The position numbers and the translations under genes were made by a program. Shown here piece after piece: positions 40,652 to 49,017 of a DNA stretch of 64,000 bases. Every line of letters begins with the position of its first letter. Within the stretch, counting starts at the first letter, position 1. The stretch comes from an uncultured Clostridium sp. (lineage in GTDB: Bacteria > Bacillota > Clostridia > Oscillospirales > CAG-272): positions 316-64,315 of the forward strand of contig CAZGJC010000002.1 in NCBI GenBank assembly GCA_964526505.1, written 5' to 3'. A model generated the notes under the pieces. The model was not told the DNA's origin. It saw nothing but the letters and a program-made list of their open reading frames with translations, and searched no databases.

Positions 40652-41290
40652 ATGAAATTCATAATAAAAATCAAAGACAAACCGGTATTCAAACTTGTTT
40701 CGGCGTTCTCGTTTGCTATTATACTGCTTTTGCTTGCCGTTATTATAGTAAATTTTGCGGTTGTGGATTCAACCGAAGATAATATTTATTCTCACGACGC
40801 AATTCCCACAATGGCAAGCCGGGGCGATAAATATGACTATATACTTGTTTTCGGTTGCGGAGTTAAGGGGGACGGCAGTCTCACTGACATGTTAAGAGAT
40901 AGGGTCAAAGTGGGAGCGGAACTGTATTTTTCGGGAATTTCGGATAAGATAATTATGTCGGGGGACCGCTCCGGTGAAAGTTACGATGAACCTATTGCTA
41001 TGAAAAAATATGCCGTGGAACTCGGCGTTCCGCAAGAAAATATAATTTGCGATTATGAGGGGTACTCCACGCATGAATCTGTTGACAGATTTGAGGAACT
41101 GTACGGCGAGTCAAGTGTTATTTTGGTTTCGCAGAAATATCATTTGAACAGGGCGTTATATATAGCACACGAACAGGGAGTTTATAAATCCGTTGCCGTA
41201 GAAGCGGATCTTGATACTTATCGCAAGCAAAAGATATATGAGATAAGGGAAATTCTTGCCAGATTTAAAGACGTTATTTTTTTGAATTGA
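40652..41290 (+). CDS. SanA/YdcF (DUF218) family membrane-anchored protein
   Basis: N-terminal TM segment, then YILVFGCGVKGDGSL...MSGDRSGESYDEPIAMKKY. Confidence 0.8.
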   Translation: MKFIIKIKDKPVFKLVSAFSFAIILLLLAVIIVNFAVVDSTEDNIYSHDAIPTMASRGDKYDYILVFGCGVKGDGSLTDMLRDRVKVGAELYFSGISDKIIMSGDRSGESYDEPIAMKKYAVELGVPQENIICDYEGYSTHESVDRFEELYGESSVILVSQKYHLNRALYIAHEQGVYKSVAVEADLDTYRKQKIYEIREILARFKDVIFLN

Positions 41291-41350
41291 ATAACTAAAC
41301 TATACCGCTTGTAGCGTGCCTAAATGCCACGAATTACAAGCGGTTGATTT

Positions 41351-41911
41351 TTATATAAATATTTTGCGTACTTGATGACCCGAAACAGCCTTTTTTACGG
41401 TCTCTTCCACACGGCTGAAATCCGCAACGAGCGAATGAGGTTTTTTCTCCGGATCGTCTTGAATCATCGGAACGAAATAGACATTCTTCCGTATCAACAT
41501 TTTTGATATGTTTGCAAGATTTGCCGACATTGCGTCATTTGATGCCAGTGCAATTATAAGCGGTTTGTCGCTCCGAAGGTGTGCTTTCGCAGCCATACAT
41601 ACGGGGGTATCGGTAATTCCGTTTGCAATTTTTGCAAGAGTATTTCCCGTACAAGGACATATTATAAGAATATCCAGCGGTGTTTGAGGACCGAGTGGCT
41701 CGGCGTCGCAGATGTTATTGATTATTGTATGACAACATATGGAACGTATTTCTTCTCGCCAATGTTCGGCACTTCCGAATCTTGTGTCGGTATTATACGC
41801 ATTATAACTCATAATAGGAACGATGTCCTTATATGTATTCTTTATGTTTTTAAGTGTGTCGCACATTTTTTCAAAATTGCAGAATGATCCGCATACGGCA
41901 AACCCAATCAT
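41351..41911 (-). CDS. spoVFB: Dipicolinate synthase subunit B
   Basis: Flavoprotein-family sequence (IGFAVCGSFC...CPCTGNTLAKIANGITDT). There is a 4-nt overlap with spoVFA. Confidence 0.88.
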   Translation of the reverse strand: MIGFAVCGSFCNFEKMCDTLKNIKNTYKDIVPIMSYNAYNTDTRFGSAEHWREEIRSICCHTIINNICDAEPLGPQTPLDILIICPCTGNTLAKIANGITDTPVCMAAKAHLRSDKPLIIALASNDAMSANLANISKMLIRKNVYFVPMIQDDPEKKPHSLVADFSRVEETVKKAVSGHQVRKIFI

Positions 41912-42813
41912 ATAAATATTCCCCTTTCTTTCATACTATCATATATACTGTCTAAAATGTAGCCCCCGGAACTTTCGGGGAAACACCTGCCGGGTAGGGA
42001 AGGAGCGAAAATGACTTTCATGCCGATATTTCTTGCCACCGTCAAATCTATGCCTCCGGGACAAGACGCAAGTTCAATATACGTTCCGCTATCGGCTTTT
42101 CCAATGATACTGCTGTTGAATATAAGTGCGGGTACGGTATTGAAAATCAAGTCGCTTTTCTCTACTTCATAACGTAGGGCGTCACTGCTATCAGGGCATC
42201 CTATTTTGACGGATTTGAATCCCAATTCGCTTATCTTTGAAATTGCGTCATCACTTCTCGCCACTATTGTAATACTTGCACCAAATGATTTTAGCAGATT
42301 TATAAGATGCTGTGATATTCTTCCGAATCCGCACACGAGTATATGACTGTCTTTGAGGGTGATATCGGAATTTTCCATAGCAATCATAATCGCTCCCTCT
42401 GCCGTGGCTTGTGCATTTTTTAGGAGAAACTCTTTGTCTGACGAGTAATCTATAAGCGATACATTTTGATCTATTGCCGAATTTGCAATGGATTGATTTA
42501 CATTTCCTGCAAGAACGAATTTTACTCCGTGATTTTTCGCACATTTAAAAACGTCATCAATACACACATTATTATTTGTGTGGAGTGAGAAAATATTTAT
42601 ATTGTCACGAGATATCGGGTGGGGTAAAATTAAAAATTCTCCCGATTCTATCGCTTTTTCCAATGTTGAGCAAACGGTTATACCGTATGAAGATAGATCC
42701 TCGCTGAGCATATAAGCAAAAACAGTGTGTCCTCTGGATACTAAACGTTTTGCAATGACAGCCATTCTTTTGTCACCGCCAATGACGGTAAATCTATATT
42801 TGATATATTTCAT
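41908..42813 (-). CDS. spoVFA: Dipicolinate synthase subunit A
   Basis: Two Rossmann-like segments (VIGGDKR..., VCGFGRISQHL). Gene order spoVFA-spoVFB as in Bacillus and Clostridia. Confidence 0.88.
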   Translation of the reverse strand: MKYIKYRFTVIGGDKRMAVIAKRLVSRGHTVFAYMLSEDLSSYGITVCSTLEKAIESGEFLILPHPISRDNINIFSLHTNNNVCIDDVFKCAKNHGVKFVLAGNVNQSIANSAIDQNVSLIDYSSDKEFLLKNAQATAEGAIMIAMENSDITLKDSHILVCGFGRISQHLINLLKSFGASITIVARSDDAISKISELGFKSVKIGCPDSSDALRYEVEKSDLIFNTVPALIFNSSIIGKADSGTYIELASCPGGIDLTVARNIGMKVIFAPSLPGRCFPESSGGYILDSIYDSMKERGIFI

Positions 42814-42849
42814 AAGTGCCTCCGAACCAGAGAAAAAACTCTCACTGCC

Positions 42850-42876
42850 ATTTTATGCCGGTTTGTCGATAAATGT
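42850..42876 (-). promoter_or_regulatory. Possible sigma-K type promoter upstream of spoVFA (AC-17-CATAaaaT)
   Basis: The minus strand reads tgAC atttatcgacaaaccgg CATAaaaTg, about 35 nt upstream of the ATG. spoVF is sigma-K dependent in B. subtilis (established). The match here is short and could be chance. Confidence 0.25.
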
Positions 42877-43007
42877 CATCTGTCGAAATATAAAATATTC
42901 GCAAAAGAATAGCTATGTTAACAGAAAATTCATACAAAAAAATGACTCTTATGTTATAATTATCATAACTGAAAAAATGCAGAATATTTGTTTTTACGGA
43001 GGCAATT

Positions 43008-44480
43008 ATGGCAGAATTAAAAATGCTTGCTATCGACCTTGGTGCGTCGAGTGGCAGAGGTATCGTTGGCTCATTTGACGGCGAAAAACTTACACTCAGA
43101 GAAAATCATCGTTTTTCAAATGATCCTGTTTTTGTAAACGGCAGATTTACGTGGGACATTCTCAGAATATTTTTCGAGATTAAAAATTCAATAACCAAAA
43201 CGGTTATCGAAGGAGACAACGTAACATCTATGGGTATTGATACCTGGGGCGTTGACTATGCGTTACTCGACAAAAACGGTAGAATGATGGCTAACCCGAC
43301 TCATTACCGTGACACGAGAACGGCTAATATCACTGATTACGTAAAACAGTTTGTTTCTCCTGAGGAAATTTATAAAATCACCGGTATTCAAGCGTGCGAT
43401 TTTAATACTTTAAACCAGCTTGCGGCAGACAAGCGTGACGACAGTGAAATGATTGACAGAGCGGATAAGATGTTGTTTATCCCCGACCTTTTGAACTATT
43501 TCCTTACCGGAAAAATGGCAACCGAGTATACAATTGCATCTACCGGTATGATACTCGATGCGGCAAAGAGAGAATTTGCTTACAGCCTTACAGATGCCAT
43601 CGGTGTCAAGAGATCGCTTTTCGCACCTCTTGTTCAGCCGGGTAACTGTCTTGGTGGTCTTCTTCCTCAAATTAACGATGAAGTCGGAAAGAACAATATA
43701 AAGGTTGTAAACGTTGCTTCTCATGATACGGCAAGTGCTGTAATATCTGTTCCGGCATCCAATGACGACTTTATCTACATATCCAGCGGTACGTGGTCGC
43801 TTATGGGCGGAGAACTTAACGGTCCTCTTATAAATGATGCTACAAGACTTGCCAACTTCACTAATGAAGGCGGTGCATTGAATACGATAAGATTCCTTAA
43901 AAACATTATGGGCCTTTGGATTATTCAAGAGTCGAGAAGACAATGGAAACGTGAAGGAAAAGATTACAGTTTTGCTCAGATGGAAGCGTGGGCAAAGGAA
44001 GCAACTCCTTTCAGATCGCTTATAAATCCCGATTATTACACGTTTGGAACACCCGGAAATATGCCAGAGAAAATTCGTGACTACTGCCGTATGACCGGTC
44101 AGCCGGTTCCCGAAACGGTAGGTGAAGTTGTTCGTTGTATTTACGAATCCCTTGCACTCAAATACAGATATACCGTTGATACAATCGAAAAACTTAACGG
44201 TAAGAAGACGAAGATGATAAACGTAGTCGGTGGCGGAACCAAAGATAAGTTCCTCTCACAAATGACCGCCGATGCTTGTGCTATCCCTGTTTGTGCAGGT
44301 CCCGAGGAAGCAACGTCCATCGGTAACCTTATGATGCAGGCAATTGCCGCAGGTGAGGTTAAAGACCTTTCCGAAGCACGTGAAATCGTAAGAAATTCGT
44401 TTGAACTTAAACATTATGAACCCACCTCTGATAGAGGTGCATGGGATGAGGCTTACGGAAGATTTTGCAGTCTTAATTGA
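43008..44480 (+). CDS. rhaB: FGGY-family carbohydrate kinase, rhamnulokinase-like
   Basis: LAIDLGASSGRG, GIDTWGVDYALLD, SSGTWSL and VVGGGTKDKFL. No rhaA or rhaD is adjacent. Confidence 0.8.
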   Translation: MAELKMLAIDLGASSGRGIVGSFDGEKLTLRENHRFSNDPVFVNGRFTWDILRIFFEIKNSITKTVIEGDNVTSMGIDTWGVDYALLDKNGRMMANPTHYRDTRTANITDYVKQFVSPEEIYKITGIQACDFNTLNQLAADKRDDSEMIDRADKMLFIPDLLNYFLTGKMATEYTIASTGMILDAAKREFAYSLTDAIGVKRSLFAPLVQPGNCLGGLLPQINDEVGKNNIKVVNVASHDTASAVISVPASNDDFIYISSGTWSLMGGELNGPLINDATRLANFTNEGGALNTIRFLKNIMGLWIIQESRRQWKREGKDYSFAQMEAWAKEATPFRSLINPDYYTFGTPGNMPEKIRDYCRMTGQPVPETVGEVVRCIYESLALKYRYTVDTIEKLNGKKTKMINVVGGGTKDKFLSQMTADACAIPVCAGPEEATSIGNLMMQAIAAGEVKDLSEAREIVRNSFELKHYEPTSDRGAWDEAYGRFCSLN

Positions 44481-44584
44481 TGATTTACATTGATAGAGGC
44501 GTAATTTTAATTTCCAATAAAGCGGTGTGCGGTTTTACTCCGCACACCTTCCCATAAACACAATAACAATATCGGAGGAGCAAA

Positions 44585-45712
44585 ATGAAGGAAGCACAAA
44601 TTGCAGAACTCAGTGTCATAGGAATGAGGGGCAGTGAGGCGTTCGTAGAACAAGTTGATAATTATCTTAAAGATTGGCGTAGACATAACAGTGAGGATAC
44701 ATATCTTACGGAAGTTATTTGTCCGAGATTCGGTACCGGCGAGGGTAAAGCGGTTATTCATCAATCAATGAGAGGGCAAGACGTATATATATTCTGTGAT
44801 ACGTTTAATTTCGGCGTAAAATATCGCATGCACGGTATGGAAGTTCCGATGAGTCCCGATGACCATTATGCCGACCTTAAACGAATCATAGCGGCAATTG
44901 CAGGTAAGGCACGCAGAATAACGGTTATTATGCCTATGCTATATGAGGGTAGACAGCACAAACGAAGTGCAAGAGAGTCTCTTGACTGTGCAATTATGCT
45001 TCAAGAACTTGTATCAATGGGCGTTTCGAATATCATAACTTTCGATGCTCATGACGCACGAATTTCAAATGCTATTCCTCTTTCGGGTTTTGATAACGTA
45101 AGACCGTCATATCAAATGATCAAAGCACTTATCAAAGCGGTTCCGGATATTGTTATTAACAAAGAAAATCTTATTATGATTTCGCCTGATGAGGGTGCTA
45201 TGTCCAGGTGTATGTACTATTCATCTGTACTTGGTGTCGACATCGGGATGTTCTACAAGAGACGTAACTATTCTGTTGTCATAAACGGAAAGAATCCGAT
45301 AGAGGCACATGAGTATCTCGGTCAGGATTTGACAAACAAAGACGTTGTCATTGTTGACGATATGATATCTTCCGGGGAGTCATTGCTTGACGTTTGTTCT
45401 CAACTCAAAAACAGAGGTGCAAAAAGAATTTTTGCATTTGCAACTTTCGGTCTTTTCACAGATGGTTTTGAAAAGTTTGATAAAGCATATGCCGATGGAA
45501 CAATATCTAAGATATTTACAACGAATCTTATTTATCGTCGTCCCGGATTGCTTGAAAAAGAGTGGCATGTTGATGTTAATATGTGTAAATATGTTTCATA
45601 TATAATTGATACACTTAACCATGATGCTACAATCAGCGGATTGCTCGATCCTGCAAAGAAAATAACATCTATTGTTGCAAAACACAAAAATGAGATGGAA
45701 AATTTAAAATGA
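44585..45712 (+). CDS. prs: Ribose-phosphate pyrophosphokinase (long form)
   Basis: ITFDAHD and the PRPP-binding loop VVIVDDMISSGES. The start follows GGAGGAG. Confidence 0.85.
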   Translation: MKEAQIAELSVIGMRGSEAFVEQVDNYLKDWRRHNSEDTYLTEVICPRFGTGEGKAVIHQSMRGQDVYIFCDTFNFGVKYRMHGMEVPMSPDDHYADLKRIIAAIAGKARRITVIMPMLYEGRQHKRSARESLDCAIMLQELVSMGVSNIITFDAHDARISNAIPLSGFDNVRPSYQMIKALIKAVPDIVINKENLIMISPDEGAMSRCMYYSSVLGVDIGMFYKRRNYSVVINGKNPIEAHEYLGQDLTNKDVVIVDDMISSGESLLDVCSQLKNRGAKRIFAFATFGLFTDGFEKFDKAYADGTISKIFTTNLIYRRPGLLEKEWHVDVNMCKYVSYIIDTLNHDATISGLLDPAKKITSIVAKHKNEMENLK

Positions 45713-45721
45713 GCAGACAAA

Positions 45722-45749
45722 AACGCCGTAAAGATTTACGGCGTTTTTG
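45722..45749 (+). terminator. Intrinsic terminator after prs
   Basis: Stem acgccgta/tacggcgt, followed by TTTTTG. Confidence 0.8.
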
Positions 45750-45834
45750 TTGTCAATTCACAGGCAGTTAATAAATATGTGATAGCATTAAGTGTTACAA
45801 TAATAGAGCATAATATTCAAAAAGGATAATTATA

Positions 45835-47010
45835 ATGAGCAAAAATAAAAAAAGTTGCATAGCCAAAAAAACATCAATAGGCGGTCAGGCACTTATGGAA
45901 GGCATAATGATGCGTGGACCCAAGGTTACTGCTATGGCTGTCAGAAATACAAGCGGTGAGATAATTGTCGAAAAATCACCGACGGAAATGGCAAATGCAC
46001 CGAAAATATTCAAATTGCCTATATTCAGGGGAATATATAACTATATATATTCGATGAAAACAGGTTCGAAATATTTAATGCGTTCGGCAGAACTTTCCGG
46101 TCTTGCAGAACTTGAAGAAGAACTTCAACGAGAGAAGGCTGCTAAGAAAGCGAAAAAGAAATGCGTGCCGGCAGACAACGGTGTAACAGACGAAACGAAA
46201 TGCTCGGAAAGGGAATTGCCGAGTGATGAAAATATGTCTTGTTGTGACGCTGATGGGCGAACCGACGATGTGGAAAATGTAAAATGTAATAAAGACAGTG
46301 AATCAGATACCGATAAGAAAGGAAAAAACAGTTCGTTTTTAACGACTCTGGTGATGATAATAGGAGTTGTTTTGGGTGTTGTTCTTGCAATAGGACTCTT
46401 TGTTGCACTACCTGCGTACATTTATGAATTTATAAAGAAGATTCCGGCAATCGGAAATACGCAAAACCTTGCTCTGAAATCTCTTTATAAATCTCTTTTT
46501 GAGGGAATAATTCGTATTGTTTTGCTTGTCGGATATATGGCGTCAATCGCCCTTATGAAAGATATCAGAAGGACGTTTATGTATCATGGAGCAGAACATA
46601 AAACCATATTTTGCTATGAAGAGGGACTCGAACTTACAGTTGATAACGTGAGAAAACAACGTAAATATCACCCGAGATGTGGAACAAGTTTTTTGATTCT
46701 GATGGTACTTGTAAGCATATTTATTTCATTTTTTATAGATCCCGTATATGCTTTAATTACCGGTAGTCCCGAAATGCCCACACTTATGCGAGTGTGCCTA
46801 AAATTGCTTCTTATCCCGTTGATTGTCGGATTGGGATATGAACTTATAAAATTTGCTGGTAAGCACGACAATATTGTTACGAAAATAATATCTGCACCCG
46901 GAGTTTGGCTTCAACACATAACGGTTTACGAACCGACGGATGATATGATTGAATGTGCAATAGCGGCAATGAAAGAGGTCATACCTGATGATGAAAGTGA
47001 TAAGTGGTGA
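45835..47010 (+). CDS. DUF1385 (YqhQ-like) membrane protein with an inserted acidic/Cys-containing segment
   Basis: IGGQALMEGIMMRGP N-terminus, YHGAEHKTI and HPRCGTSF motifs. About 70 extra residues lie between the N-domain and the first TM segment. Confidence 0.85.
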   Translation: MSKNKKSCIAKKTSIGGQALMEGIMMRGPKVTAMAVRNTSGEIIVEKSPTEMANAPKIFKLPIFRGIYNYIYSMKTGSKYLMRSAELSGLAELEEELQREKAAKKAKKKCVPADNGVTDETKCSERELPSDENMSCCDADGRTDDVENVKCNKDSESDTDKKGKNSSFLTTLVMIIGVVLGVVLAIGLFVALPAYIYEFIKKIPAIGNTQNLALKSLYKSLFEGIIRIVLLVGYMASIALMKDIRRTFMYHGAEHKTIFCYEEGLELTVDNVRKQRKYHPRCGTSFLILMVLVSIFISFFIDPVYALITGSPEMPTLMRVCLKLLLIPLIVGLGYELIKFAGKHDNIVTKIISAPGVWLQHITVYEPTDDMIECAIAAMKEVIPDDESDKW

Positions 47011-47015
47011 TTATA

Positions 47016-47600
47016 ATGGATAAAGTTTATTTGAATGCCAATGCCGAAATTGACGAATCTATGAAAATAAATATAGAAAAAAATGCCACAATTGCCATAA
47101 GCGAATTGCTTGATGTGGCAAAATTAAGCCGTGGGGATATTTTGGTGGTTGGCTGTTCTTCATCTGAAATCATAGGCAAGACAATCGGGAAAAATTCAAG
47201 TTTCGAGGCCGCAAAAACACTTTTTGACGTGATATATTCACAACTTACGCAAGCGGGTATATATATAGCGTCACAATGCTGCGAACATCTTAACAGAGCG
47301 ATTGTTATAGAAAAAGAGGTTGCGGAAAAGTGCGGATATGAACCTGTTTGCGTTGTACCTCAGCCTAAGGCTGGTGGATCATTTGCAACAGTAACATATC
47401 AAAGTTTGAAAAATCCGGTTGTTGTAGAACACATTCGGGCATCTGCCGGTATAGATATAGGGGGAACTCTTATAGGTATGCATCTGAAAGAAGTTGCTGT
47501 TCCTGTTAGACTGTCAATATCTAAAATTGGCGAGGCAAATATTATATGTGCAAGAACACGACCCAAATTTATCGGGGGATCACGAGCGTGTTATGAGTAA
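47016..47600 (+). CDS. TIGR01440/UPF0340 family protein (YwlG-like)
   Basis: GDILVVGCSSSEI, ASQCCEHLNRAIVIE, PKAGGSFA and AGIDIGGTLIGMHLK. Confidence 0.88.
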   Translation: MDKVYLNANAEIDESMKINIEKNATIAISELLDVAKLSRGDILVVGCSSSEIIGKTIGKNSSFEAAKTLFDVIYSQLTQAGIYIASQCCEHLNRAIVIEKEVAEKCGYEPVCVVPQPKAGGSFATVTYQSLKNPVVVEHIRASAGIDIGGTLIGMHLKEVAVPVRLSISKIGEANIICARTRPKFIGGSRACYE

Positions 47601-47617
47601 TATTACTCATAACACGC
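47586..47617. repeat. Perfect 32-bp palindrome straddling the stop codon of the TIGR01440 gene (probable terminator hairpin)
   Basis: gcgtgttatgagtaat|attactcataacacgc: 16-bp arms with no spacer. The TAA stop at 47598-47600 lies inside it, and AU-rich sequence follows. Confidence 0.9.
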
Positions 47618-47670
47618 ATATATTTATCTTCAAACGTGGTGGAGAGAATAGGTTTGTCTCTCGATATTCA

Positions 47671-47698
47671 ATTATACAAAATCAAAATTTTGTATAAT
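47671..47698. repeat. Perfect 12-bp inverted repeat with a 4-nt spacer
   Basis: attatacaaaat caaa attttgtataat. The right arm recurs as a 13-bp direct repeat (attttgtataatt) at 47978-47990. Confidence 0.9.
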
Positions 47699-47713
47699 TT
47701 AGAGAACCCTTAT

Positions 47714-47953
47714 ACCGTAAGGCTTTCATACATTTCTTGATAATTTCTTGCCACCTCGAAAAAATTGCACAGGTCAACAAATGATTTGTGCAGGTTAACG
47801 CATTGTTGAGTTGCTATTTTTCTTTTCACCGTAAGGGTTTTTCCGCTCTATACAATCAGATGACCGCTTACACAAGGTCAAGTGAACTTGTGTAATTTTG
47901 AAGAATTGTCCCAAAATATTCACTCAAACACGTAAAGGCTTACACCGTAAAGG
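47714..47953. repeat. Four dispersed copies of an AC(C)GTAA(A)GG motif
   Basis: Copies at 47714-47722, 47828-47836, 47930-47938 and 47944-47953. The flanks are partly similar (CTTAyACCGTAAGG; GTAAGGCTTTCATAC versus GTAAAGGCTTACAC). Confidence 0.8.
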
Positions 47954-48036
47954 AAAATGCAAACCCCAAACAGAAATATTTTGTATAATTCACATCAAGT
48001 TAATTATAAGTTCATATAATATCTAAAATTAAAGTG

Positions 48037-48085
48037 CAAAAAAATAGCCGTAACTCTTGCCACTGTGTGGTAACGTTACGGCTAT
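48037..48085 (-). terminator. Intrinsic terminator of the XRE gene
   Basis: 11-bp stem atagccgtaac/gttacggctat (inner mini-hairpin ccac-tgt-gtgg), followed on the minus strand by a U7 run. It overlaps the TAG stop. Confidence 0.75.
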
Positions 48086-48465
48086 TTAGTTTCATTTGTA
48101 ACTTGTTGTGTTATCTGTTGGTTTATTTCTGTCTTTTCGGATGGTGTTTTCCCTTGTTCAAAGTCATAAACCATTGTCATAAATCTATGCTTATCTTTTC
48201 TTTCTAACCCTCGGTATATTCTCAATATGTCTTGTTCATCTTCGTTCTTTTCTTGAATAATATCTTCCGATAAATCATCGGCAAAGAAGTCCATTACTTT
48301 GCAATTTAATTGATTTGCTAATTTAATAAGTATTTCTTGTTTGGGTAATGAGCCGTTATTCCATAAACTAACCTTCGACGTGCTAAGCCCTAATTCCTTG
48401 CAAACTGACGTTGGATTTGTTCCATTTTTTTTGCAAATATGTTTTAAATTTCTCGCAAAATCCAT
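48082..48465 (-). CDS. XRE/cI-type helix-turn-helix transcriptional regulator
   Basis: N-terminal HTH_3 pattern (NLKHICKKNGTNPTSVCKELGLSTSKVSLWNNGSLPKQEILIKLANQLNCKV). It is divergent from the Rep promoter. Confidence 0.85.
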   Translation of the reverse strand: MDFARNLKHICKKNGTNPTSVCKELGLSTSKVSLWNNGSLPKQEILIKLANQLNCKVMDFFADDLSEDIIQEKNEDEQDILRIYRGLERKDKHRFMTMVYDFEQGKTPSEKTEINQQITQQVTNETK

Positions 48466-48503
48466 AAATCAGAACTCGCTTTCAAAAAAATTCTAAAAAA
48501 CCC

Positions 48504-48532
48504 TTGACGAATCTATGATGTAGAGTTATAAT
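48504..48532 (+). promoter_or_regulatory. Near-consensus sigma-A promoter (TTGACG-17-TATAAT) driving the Rep remnant
   Basis: ttgacg aatctatgatgtagagt tataat, 40 nt upstream of ATG 48572 (RBS GAGGTG). Confidence 0.65.
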
Positions 48533-48571
48533 GTAATTGCAATTCTAAATTATGGATTTGAGGTGCTAAAA

Positions 48572-49008
48572 ATGCAATCCAAAGATTACAAAGACTTACT
48601 TGACGAATTTAACAAGAACCAAAAGCGGATAAATAAACGTCAAGCGAAAAAAACAGACGTATCCGAAGAAGTGAGCGAAACACTTGAACCCGTCAAACCC
48701 ACTTCATCGGATAATAAAGCCTTTCAAGAGAAACGTTCAAGAAGTTTCTGCATAACTACGTATATTGAGCGTAATGCCCTCTAAAGGTTCTTAAAGAGTT
48801 CGCAGTGGCTCAGACATTGGGCATACTGTGAACACGATAAGGATACGGACGAAAAAGGAAACCTAAAACGTCGCATATTCACGTTATATTATACACGTAT
48901 AATTCAAAAACGTCAAGTGCCGTTAAGAAACTTTTTGACCGTTATTCTGCACAAATTTATTACGGTACAGGCATTGAACCGCAAAATACTCTTGTTAAGT
49001 CGATATAG
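48572..49008 (+). pseudogene. Disrupted rolling-circle replication initiator (HUH endonuclease, RepB/Rep_2-like)
   Basis: SFCITTYIERNAL-TAA(48782)-RFLKSSQWLRHWAYCEHDKDTDEKGNLK is in one frame. The sequence then shifts frame at the A-run 48865-48868 and continues KTSHIHVILYTYNSKTSSAVKKLF...VKSI-TAG(49006). This parallels pMV158 RepB: FTFLLYPES...AISPLHDKD...KKAHYHVLYIAKNPVTADSVRKKI. It ends before the catalytic-Tyr region. Confidence 0.6.
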
Positions 49009-49017
49009 ATATATATA

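Noticed and set aside
44507-44584. Hairpin ggtgtgcgg-ttttact-ccgcacacc between rhaB and prs as a riboswitch or attenuator
   Set aside because: It is a 9-bp stem with no U-tract and no alternative pairing that I could see. It is most likely a weak terminator or stabiliser for rhaB. There is too little sequence for a known riboswitch class.
47736-47742. CTTGATA as a rolling-circle nick site
   Set aside because: It matches the pC194/phiX174 nick core but is only 7 nt in AT-rich DNA, so chance is plausible. The adjacent Rep remnant resembles the RepB (pMV158) class, which uses a different nick sequence. It is mentioned in a finding but not called as a feature.
47714-47953. Possibility that the dispersed repeats are a CRISPR array
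   Set aside because: The repeat units are only 9-13 bp, imperfect and irregularly spaced (about 6 to 115 bp apart). No cas genes are present. This does not look like CRISPR.
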